DNA from: Balanoglossus misakiensis
Lineage: Eukaryota > Animalia > Hemichordata
Reading direction: 5' to 3'
Length of the DNA: 64,000 bases
NCBI GenBank assembly: GCA_040954595.2
Contig: CM082594.2
Span: 9,007,612 to 9,071,611, forward strand
A model generated the notes under the pieces. It saw only the letters and a program-made list of their open reading frames with translations. It ran no database searches and was not told the origin of the DNA. Within the stretch, counting starts at the first letter, position 1. Every line of letters begins with the position of its first letter. The translations under genes and the position numbers were made by a program. This document shows positions 36,038-46,768 of this stretch, piece after piece.

Positions 36038-36585
36038 CCTACACTAAATTTCCCGGATTCAATTACTTTTTCATATGGCACAGAAGCATAGTAGAAAATC
36101 GCCGTGTTGCCAAAGGCCCGTAAAATGAAACAATCCAGCTAAAAGATGGATACTCGGTTCGAATATGGCTTCCGAAATGTGGAAATCAACTTTACTCAAC
36201 GCTGCCGCGAAACACACACAGGGGATAATGTTGAAAGATTCCTCTATTCGGATATAAAATGCCACTCCACCGGCCCGCATAGACTTGTCACCAGCTCCGC
36301 AACAGTTTTACGATGATCTCTGGCTCCCCAAATACTGCATCGACATAACAAGAAAGAAGCTATAATCAAGGGCTAATTAGCAGGTCTCCACACAGCCCGC
36401 TGCGAAGAATCTTCCTCCAGTAATGTATTCGAAAGCAGGGCTTGAAATTTTCCGCAAAATTCACACATATAAGTAGGTGTTACTCTCACTCGGTTAACCA
36501 AATCATATGCTCAATAATTTCTCGTCTGTTTGGGTAAATTTAGATATAAAAACTAACCATCGAACCAATATCCAACAACGACACG

Positions 36586-36597
36586 GCCGCCATCTTG
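36586..36597 (-). promoter_or_regulatory. YY1 consensus site (CAAGATGGCGGC) near the probable KMT2C/D transcription start
   Basis: gccgccatcttg on + is CAAGATGGCGGC on -, oriented with the gene, about 550 bp upstream of the proposed ATG in a CpG-rich region. Confidence 0.65.
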
Positions 36598-38056
36598 AAA
36601 AGCCTAAGTTCGCCTTGACCTCCCGCGAGTAAACACCCCAGAGAAAATAGTCCCATTTCCCGTCTCGTTTTTTAATAACCATTCTGTACGTGGCCAAAAT
36701 ACTTTCAACTTTCTTTCATTTTAACATTTTTCTAAGAATTGGACACAAATCCAATTAATTTATCCCACGAATTAGCGAAAAACGAAGCGTTCCCTCTCGT
36801 CGATTATTAAGGGCGTTTTCCATTTGCGGATGAATCCATCCTTTTAAACCCCCGCGATAGTAAATTTGCATATCCACAATAGCTCAAGGCCATTACACTG
36901 AGAGGTCATAGGGAGTATTTAGGTTACTGAAAATCAACTCCACGCCGAAAGAATTTTCCACGAATGTCTTGTGATCATTTAGTCTTAGAGACCTTATTTC
37001 GAATGACTTAACGAGCATAGTATTTTGGATGCAACGCAAAGTCAGAGAAACAATGGCGGAAAGTGTACAGGAAATTTGTTGCGTTTTGAGTCAAAGCAAA
37101 TAAAACATCGGCAGCTTTTGTTCATTCAGTCAGGTGTGATGCGTCGGTTTAGCTTCCTCGATAACAAGATCAACTGCATGCCATCTTATCAAAAACTGAA
37201 ATAGAAATATATCCGATGGCAAATAAAATCTTCAATTTGATATAAAACGGCGAAGCATATTCGGATTAACCTGTCTTGTGGAGAGTTAATACAACATTGA
37301 AGCTGATGTTTTGCTATTAATCCGGACGAGATAGGGTGCCCTACTACAGAAAAAAAATACAATGTATGTTGCACCTTGTCGGCGCGTCGCACCCATTCGT
37401 TTGATATGAACACATACCTTGTCCGCAATTTGATATTCAAAAACTGAGAACGGAGTTATATCGGCTTTTGCTTGAAAAGAAATAAGAGTTTCCACTAGGG
37501 ATCGCCGATTGCTTTGACTGGAAGAACACCTGACTACACGAGTATCAAATGTGTGAAACCGACAAGTTGTCACTCGTCTTCCGAACTGTTGTTTTGTTTG
37601 GTTACCTGTTGGCAGCCATGATTGGTAGTTTAGTATTTCAAATAACTTCAACTTAACTGTGCCCTCGCGAAGCAGTGGGAGTAATTTTATAAATTGATAC
37701 GAGTTATCAAAGATAAAAGGCATCTTAACAAATAAAAGGCGTGTTTCCTATATATCATATATCTGTAAAATAGGTACGTGTAGCCTGTAGGCCTACATAT
37801 GTCGCGACTCCTGCCGGGCCTATATTTTGAATGGAATAGACTCTATTGGGGCGATAAAACATTTGAGAAAGCACAAACACTAGAGATGTATATACTTTTG
37901 CTTTTGTTTTTAAATTCCATGTAGGCTTTATACCGGTACATTCTGCTTGTGAACGTGCCTTTCGGCTATAGGCCTATAGGCTAACCCATGAAAAATGACC
38001 AGAGATTACAAAATTTCCGAAATTCGCAAAGTCGGAAATTAGTCCTTTTTTGACAA

Positions 38057-41000
38057 CAATTACAATGATTATGTCGTGAAAAGTTCTCACACACAAAAAA
38101 GAAGTGAAAAAAGTGGTCTCGAACCAACAGCAGTTGACACCTTCAGGTAAAAGACTAGCCTTCATGAACCCTTCGCCATCACGATGTGTACTAGAAACAG
38201 TTCTTGTTTGCACCGCCGCGGTGCATATAAGAGTTCCCTGCCCGTTCTTTATTCACTCCTCGACGACAAAAACGTTTTATTACGGCCCAAATAACGACTT
38301 TTTCGCTCCTTGGTTGGTCATGCGGACGGAAAGACACTGTTTTAGCGAGTTTATCTCTCTCTCTCCTGAGCACTCCGTATTCAGACTTGCCAAAGTGAAC
38401 CGCGACAAAAAAAATGACAAAGTTTCCCTGCATGTTTCTTATACCCGACAGATAAAAAACGCAGCGTAGATATTGAAATGAATTGGATTTATGAAAATGA
38501 TAAAAAAATTACAATGATAATGTCGTTAAAAGTTCTCAAAAAAAAAAGAAATAGAAAAAGAAGTGGTCTCGAACCAACATCAGTTGACACCTTCAGGTAA
38601 AAGGCAAGCCTTCCTGAACCCTTCGCCATCAGGATGTGTGCTAGAAATAGTCGGAATTTTACCGCACTATATTGCAACTACCATGATCTTATTTGCACCG
38701 CAGCGGTGCAAATTCTTATTTGCACCGCAGCGGTGCAAATAACAGTTCCCTGCACCGCAACGATCTGACCGTTCTTTATTCACTCCTCGACGACAAAAAC
38801 GTTTTATTACGGCCCAAATAACGACTTTTTCGCTCCTTGGTTGGTCATGCGGACGGAAAGACACTGTTTTAGCGAGTTTATCTCTCTCTCCTGAGCACTC
38901 CGTATTCAGACTTGCCAAAGTGAACCGCGACAAAAAAAATGACCAAGTTTCTCTGCATGTTTCTTATACCCGACAGATAAAAAACGCAGCGTAGATATTG
39001 AAATGAATTGGATTTATGAAAATGATAAAAATTACAATGATAATGTCGTTAAAAGTTCTCAAAAAAAAAAGAAATAGAAAAATAAGTGGTCTCGAACCAA
39101 CATCAGTTGACAACTTCAGGTAAAAAAAGACAAGCCTTCCTGAACCCTTCGCCATCAGGATGTGTGCTCGAAACAGTCCGAATTTTACCGCACTATATTG
39201 CAACTACCATGATCTTATTTGCACCGCAGCGGTGAAAATTCTTATTTGCACCGCAGCGGTGCAAATAAGAGTTCGCAGCGGTGCAAATAAGAGTTCCCTC
39301 CCCCGAAACGATCTGACCGTTCTTTATTCACTCCTCGACGACAAAAACGTTTTATTACGGCCCAAATAACGACTTTTTCGCTCCTTGGTTGGTCATGCGG
39401 ACGGAAAGACACTGTTTTAGCGAGTTTATCTCTCTCTCCTGAGCACTCCGTATTCAGACTTGCCAAAGTGAACCGCGACAAAAAAAATGACCAAGTTTCT
39501 CTGCATGTTTCTTATACCCGACAGATAAAAAACGCAGCGTAGATATTGAAATAAATTGGATTTATGAAATTGATAAAAATTACAATGATAATGTCGTTAA
39601 AAGTTCTCAAAAAAAAAAGAAATAGAAAAATAAGTGGTCTCGAACCAACATCAGTTGACAACTTCAGGTAAAAAAAGACAAGCCTTCCTGAACCCTTCGC
39701 CATCAGGATGTGTGCTCGAAACAGTCCGAATTTTACCGCACTATATTGCAACTACCATGATCTTATTTGCACCGCAGCGGTGCAAATTCTTATTTGCACC
39801 GCAGCGGTGCAAATAAGAGTTCGCAGCGGTGCAAATAAGAGTTCCCTCCCCCGAAACGATCTGACCGTTCTTTATTCACTCCTCGACGACAAAAACGTTT
39901 TATTACGGCCCAAATAACGACTTTTTCGCTCCTTGGTTGGTCATGCGGACGGAAAGACACTGTTTTAGCGAGTTTATCTCTCTCTCCTGAGCACTCCGTA
40001 TTCAGACTTGCCAAAGTGAACCGCGACAAAAAAAATGACCAAGTTTCTCTGCATGTTTCTTATACCCGACAGATAAAAAACGCAGCGTAGATATTGAAAT
40101 GAATTGGATTTATGAAAATGATAAAAATTACAATGATAATGTCGTTAAAAGTTCTCAAAAAAAAGAAATAGAAAAATAAGTGGTCTCGAACCAACATCAG
40201 TTGACAACTTCAGGTAAAAAGACAAGCCTTCCTGAACCCTTCGCCATCAGGACGTGTGCTAGAAACAGTCGGAATTTTACCGCACTATATTGCAACTACC
40301 ATGATCTTATTTGCACCGCAGCGGTGCAAATTCTTATTTGCACCGCAGCGGTGCAAATAACAGTTCCCTGCACCGCAACGATCTGACCGTTCTTTATTCA
40401 CTCCTCGACGACAAAAACGTTTTATTACGGCCCAAATAACGACTTTTTCGCTCCTTGGTTGGTCATGCGGACGGAAAGACACTGTTTTAGCGAGTTTATC
40501 TTTCTCTCTCCTGAGCACTCCGTATTCAGACTTGCCAAAGTGAACCGCGACAAAAAAAATGACCAAGTTTCCCTGCATGTTTCTTATACCCGACAGATAA
40601 AAAACGTAGCGTAGATATTGAAATGAATTGGATTTATGAAAATGATAAAAATTACAATGATAATGTCGTTAAAAGTTCTCAAAAAAAAAGAAATAGAAAA
40701 ATAAGTGGTCTCGAACCAACATCAGTTGACAACTTCAGGTAAAAGACAAGCCTTCCTGAACCCTTCGCCATCAGGATGTGTGCTCGAAACAGTCGGAATT
40801 TTACCGCACTATATTGCAACTACCATGATCTTATTTGCACCGCAGCGGTGCAAATTCTTATTTGCACCGCAGCGGTGCAAATAAGAGTTCGCAGCGGTGC
40901 AAATAAGAGTTCCCTGCACCGCAACGATCTGACCGTTCTTTATTCACTCCTCGACGACAAAAACGTTTTATTACGGCCCAAATAACGACTTTTTCGCTCC

Positions 41001-43050
41001 TCGGTTGGTCAGGCGGACGGAAAGACACTGTTTTAGCGAGTTTATCTCTCTCTCCTGAGCACTCCGTATTCAGACTTGCCAAAGTGAACCGCGACAAAAA
41101 AAATGACCAAGTTTCTCTGCATGTTTCTTATACCCGACAGATAAAAAACGCAGCGTAGATATTGAAATGAATTGGATTTATGAAAATGATAAAAATTACA
41201 ATGATAATGTCGTTAAAAGTTCTCAAAAAAAAAAAAGAAATAGAAAAATAAGTGGTCTCGAACCAACATCAGTTGACAACTTCAGGTAAAAAAAGACAAG
41301 CCTTCCTGAACCCTTCGCCATCAGGATGTGTGCTCGAAACAGTCCGAATTTTACCGCACTATATTGCAACTACCATGATCTTATTTGCACCGCAGCGGTG
41401 CAAATTCTTATTTGCACCGCAGCGGTGCAAATAAGAGTTCGCAGCGGTGCAAATAAGAGTTCCCTCCCCCGAAACGATCTGACCGTTCTTTATTCACTCC
41501 TCGACGACAAAAACGTTTTATTACGGCCCAAATAACGACTTTTTCGCTCCTTGGTTGGTCATGCGGACGGAAAGACACTGTTTTAGCGAGTTTATCTCTC
41601 TCTCCTGAGCACTCCGTATTCAGACTTGCCAAAGTGAACCGCGACAAAAAAAATGACCAAGTTTCTCTGCATGTTTCTTATACCCGACAGATAAAAAACG
41701 CAGCGTAGATATTGAAATGAATTGGATTTATGAAAATGATAAAAATTACAATGATAATGTCGTTAAAAGTTCTCAAAAAAAAAAGAAATAGAAAAATAAG
41801 TGGTCTCGAACCAACATCAGTTGACAACTTCAGGTAAAAAAAGACAAGCCTTCCTGAACCCTTCGCCATCAGGATGTGTGCTCGAAACAGTCCGAATTTT
41901 ACCGCACTATATTGCAACTACCATGATCTTATTTGCACCGCAGCGGTGCAAATTCTTATTTGCACCGCAGCGGTGCAAATAAGAGTTCGCAGCGGTGCAA
42001 ATAAGAGTCCCCTCCCCCGAAACGATCTGACCGTTCTTTATTCACTCCTCGACGACAAAAACGTTTTATTACGGCCCAAATAACGACTTTTTCGCTCCTT
42101 GGTTGGTCATGCGGACGGAAAGACACTGTTTTAGCGAGTTTATCTCTCTCTCCTGAGCACTCCGTATTCAGACTTGCCAAAGTGAACCGCGACAAAAAAA
42201 ATGACCAAGTTTCTCTGCATGTTTCTTATACCCGACAGATAAAAAACGCAGCGTAGATATTGAAATGAATTGGATTTATGAAAATGATAAAAATTACAAT
42301 GATAATGTCGTTAAAAGTTCTCAAAAAAAAGAAATAGAAAAATAAGTGGTCTCGAACCAACATCAGTTGACAACTTCAGGTAAAAAGACAAGCCTTCCTG
42401 AACCCTTCGCCATCAGGATGTGTGCTCGAAACAGTCGGAATTTTACCGCACTATATTGCAACTACCATGATCTTATTTGCACCGCAGCGGTGCAAATTCT
42501 TATTTGCACCGCAGCGGTGCAAATAAGAGTTCCCTGCACCGCAACGATCTGACCGTTCTTTATTCACTCCTCGACGACAAAAACGTTTTATTACGGCCCA
42601 AATAACGACTTTTTCGCTCCTTGGTTGGTCATGCGGACGGAAAGACACTGTTTTAGCGAGTTTATCTCTCTCTCCTGAGCACTCCGTATTCAGACTTGCC
42701 AAAGTGAACCGCGACAAACAAAATGACCAAGTTTCCCTGCATGTTTCTTATACCCGACAGATAAAAAACGCAGCGTAGATATTGAAATGAATTGGATTTA
42801 TGAAAATGATAAAAATTACAATGATAATGTCGTTAAAAGTTCTCAAAAAAAAAAAGAAATAGAAAAATAAGTGGTCTCGAACCAACATCAGTTAACACCT
42901 TCAGGTAAAAGGCAAGCCTTCCTGAACCCTTCGCCATCACGATGTGTTCTAGAAACAGTTGGAAATTTACCGCACTATATTGCAGCATAACTACCATGAT
43001 CTTATTTGCACCGCAGCGGTGCAAATTCTTATTTGCACCGCAGCGGTGCA
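38057..43050. repeat. Tandem array of 10 monomers (450-548 bp; last one partial) with a 2166-bp 4-mer higher-order repeat
   Basis: Anchor gtggtctcgaacc occurs at 38113, 38563, 39086, 39634, 40180, 40705, 41252, 41800, 42346 and 42871 (spacings 450, 523, 548, 546, 525, 547, 548, 546, 525). Internal copies are nearly identical; the terminal copies are more diverged. Confidence 0.98.
38555..38636 (-). promoter_or_regulatory. tRNA-like Pol III type-2 promoter cassette (A box + B box + T-run); one per array monomer, monomer 2 given
   Basis: Minus strand reads ATCCTGA-TGGCGAAGGG (A-box-like)-43 nt-GGTTCGAGACC (perfect B box)-ACTTCTTTTT. The spacing matches long-variable-arm tRNAs, but no acceptor stem forms. 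Confidence 0.55.
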
Positions 43051-46000
43051 GACTGTATACAGTCGTTTGCGGGCGCTCTGTAACGCTGGTCCCAGAAAGA
43101 TTTTTGTGCTGGCTATGGTTACAGAAATGCTCGACTGTGTGTTCCCATAGTTTAGCGCCACCATTCCATCCATGCGGCTTCATGCTGCGCTAAAGTCTAG
43201 TCCAATACATCAGAAGTATTTTTGTCGCGGTGTGTGGGGGTGGGGGTATTACCTAAAGTATTCGTGCTTGAGTCAGTGCGCTTGAGTCCACAGACCATTC
43301 CGCCGTTGGTGGCGTTTTTCCGGTACAAACGGTCCATCCATACCACAGGGGCGTACCCGTATTGTATAAATCCTCTTCACTGCTGGGATTCTGCTCCGCT
43401 ATAAATATCGTGTCTGTCGCCTTCCAAGAGAGCTCATGGTTCTTCAGTCGCAAGACGGTGCGGCTTGCATCAAAGGGCAGCCAGGCGCCGGGATGTCTGG
43501 CTTGTGGATATCGCCTTTCTCACATACGGCCAACAACTGAGTAAACAGAACTGTAAAACCACAACTCGTCCACTTAACTTAAAAGGTGATTTGTCACGTT
43601 TTCCAGTAATTTGTTGAAAAGGACGAGAAAGGTCCTTGTATCAATAACAGCGATCTTATTACCCCGGGTTATGATATAAGCGAAAAATGCCAACCCTCTC
43701 GACATGCTCATAAATTTAAGAATGTCAATACACTGGTGCGATTTTATCTTGACAAAGATTCTGTGCTTGACAAACGGTAAATCGAAATTCTCATACATAG
43801 ACAGGCCTTTGAAACATCATAGAGATCGAGTAGTCTACGAAACACGTGATTTTTTCCTAGTTATTACTATGCTAGAATCTGACGAGAGAGAAATGTGTAT
43901 GACTAATAAATGTGGATTTCCCAAATCCTGACCGACGAGTGGTCAACGAAGTTCATGGACAAATTTTTGCCGTTATGGATGTCAATAAGTCGTATTATTT
44001 GTCGATGTGGTCAACTGAAAGGAAATCCTCGTCACTGAACGTGAACTTGATCCAGGAAGCTTGGTATTGCAAATTTCCGGAGATTGATACTATTAGTGAA
44101 AATATTCCGTGTTTTCCGTTGATTTCCACCACTATCAGCGCCCCCACCAGCCCTCATCACTTTTTCCGAAGCTTGCACCTTCAACGCACCTAACAAAGTA
44201 TGAAAAATCGACGTTCCTGAAGACTAAACTTACTGTACTCGACAAACTTACTTCAAGAAGGTATACTTTTTATATCATTAAGGTCTTCATATTGAAAGTA
44301 GCAATTAGGCAGTTTGACTACGTGAGATATTGTGTGCTAGACTATGCAAGGAAAACATAGGCTATGGTCCAGTGCACTACATTCAGTACGTGATGCTAAC
44401 ACGCTTGACTAGGAATGCAAGAAGCTGATAATATTTTTCTCGATAGAGAATGATAAATCAGTCATTTACTGCCAAAAACTAAGTGTTTTTGACAAGCGAA
44501 TCATATGACTGACACCAACAATTGTACATTTTTCCCCGGTTGACCTTTGACCGTTGCATTCTCTGTGGCGGAACGTCGCTCCTGAAGTGGACTGTAAACC
44601 TGTGACTGATTGCTTGATACAACTTGATGTCTGGCTGCGCCCCATAATTCTCCTTTAACTTGAAACGTGAAACTCGGACATGGAACAGCATTACCTAAGA
44701 GATATTTTTTCGCCGTGGAATCAGATTTATTCCTGTCTCTGCAGAGAAACACACTCTGTTGAGTGCCATCAAACCGAGGAGACTCCCCTGCAAAGCTTAT
44801 CGCGGCGAGACTGACGAGGTATACCTCTCCCTCTTGTCTGGGTGCGAGATCTCGCATAGTCTCGTGGAGTTCGAAAGTGGTCTATTGTTACGCACGGTCC
44901 TGAAGCTAAGTAGATGAGGGAGTATAGTACTTTGTGATGGCACTCGGTGACTGGCAGTAGTTAATACGCTCTTTTACAATAAACACCAAACACGGCAGCG
45001 GTGCAGATGTCAGAGGAGTTTACTAGGATGCAGTTACAAATGACCGTTCCCAAGTCGAATAACCGGCATAGTATGAAGCAGCCTGGAAACCCGATCTTGG
45101 AAAGCATACTGCCGAGACAAGAGTTTTAGCCCACTGGGGTGTTTGCAAACATTTGAAATCACACCGTCTTACTTTGACGGCGCTCCCTAGCCCTAGGAAT
45201 TCAATTTTCTGATCGCACGCAAGCGATACTAAGTGGATAACAACGGGCAAATTGGACATAAACAATGAAGGCAAAAAAAGTTAACAAAAGTAGCAGGGTA
45301 CTCCTCTTGAGTTATGGCGATCTTTTGTTTTCATTAACGCAGTTTGACTCATAATCACGTCCGAGGGAAATTCGCTTGTGATATTTTCCGGATGACACTA
45401 GCGATTCTCTTCAGCGTCCAAAGAGCCTGTCAGTCTTTGAAATAGACTGTTTTCCGGACTCCACGAGATCCTGCGAGATATGACGTGTAGTTTATGTGGG
45501 AAGACAAAGAACATCCCATACATAACCCATAATGTAAAACTGCTGGTTGCTCACAACTTCTATGCAAAGCCTACTCTGTTTAATAACGTCTTGCACCTAT
45601 GGCAATATTGGATGTCTCTTGCAAGCAATTAATTAACGATATTAACACATCGACGTTGACGAGATCTCCGGCGATCGTTGCTGCACGCGCGCCGTTCGCG
45701 GCTGTGATCATTCCCCCGGACCTCGCTTCCTCTTCAAACTTTCTATAGCGGTGAAGACGTGCGTTCGCGAGGAAATTTGTTGCGAAATGTGTGTTCATGG
45801 CTATCTCAAATGTCACACACACGAAATTAATTGAATCCGTATTGCGCTAGGGGTTGAAGACTGACATTGGGCACATTCGCTCATCCGTCGTAAATTCCCG
45901 GCATGTCAAAAAAAAGTTGTCTTCGCAAAGGCAGAGACTCCCGTGAAATTCCCAGCTCTCCCCAGAATCAAAGCTCAGCAAATATTTTGAAACATTACGT

Positions 46001-46718
46001 GTCGTCATTCGAGGCTTAACTTATGAAGTACAGAGGTTGTTTACGCAAGAATTGGACCTTAGCAAAAACAAAAGTGGAAAAAAATCCAGAACGAAACCAC
46101 AAAGGAAACGATTTTTCGACGCCATGTTTTGAGTACAAGTTCCTGTACAACCTTTTCTTTCGCGAACTTTTAGGTTTGTCGTTCCGGCAAATTTGATCCT
46201 TTCCGACAAGCAGACGGAAAGATGTAACATAAGAAAAGGTCATACCAGGTTTCTGGTTCGATTTAAGACAAATTTTCCTGTGGATGCACACGAATTACAG
46301 CGCTGTGGTGTTAATGCGTTTCACAACAACAAAAAATGGAGGGGAAAAGTGACATACTGGTTGACATGTTGGTCACTGACAGATGCGGACAGGTGGTTCT
46401 TGAATCAGTTTCAGCAAAAGGACTCCGAACTAATACACGGGTGATGTCGCCAGGCGCCGATGATTCAAACTAATCGTGTGCGCATTTAAGCGTTGCGACT
46501 GAAGGCTTTCGCTCTCACTACTACCGAGTGCTGGATCAGATCCCGTGTGAGAGGGCAAAAGGTCGAATTTGGTGTAATAAATGAGATATAAATCAGTCAT
46601 CATGAGAGCCAAAAACATGACGAGGAGAAAACCTAGCGACAAACCTTCTAGTTCTGGATTCGAAAAGTGGACAGGCATGCACTCAGATAGATACATGGAT
46701 GCTTAGAACGATCGATAT

Positions 46719-46768
46719 ATCCATCCATCCATCCATCCATCCATCCATCCATCCATCCATCCATCCAT
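46719..46768. repeat. (ATCC)12 microsatellite
   Basis: atccatcc... is directly visible. Confidence 0.97.

Noticed and set aside
38555-38636. Functional tRNA-Leu/Ser or tRNA-Sec genes in the array
   Set aside because: A/B boxes are present, but no acceptor stem or canonical anticodon arm can be formed and the T-stem has only 3 clean pairs.
38694-38700. Metal-response element in the array palindrome
   Set aside because: TGCACCG does not satisfy the MTF-1 core TGCRCNC.
38057-43050. CRISPR-like array (palindromic repeats at regular spacing)
   Set aside because: The intervening sequences are near-identical 500-bp monomers rather than unique 30-40 bp spacers; the context is eukaryotic and there are no cas genes.
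38191-43193. Repeated short ORFs (MSRFTLASL.., MQYSAVKF.., MCARNS..)
   Set aside because: They are by-products of the tandem repeat: mostly non-ATG starts, frames that change with homopolymer length between copies, and no recognisable domain.
44995-45007. gcagcggtgcaga matching the right end of the array
   Set aside because: The match is only 13 bp with no flanking similarity and cannot be distinguished from chance.
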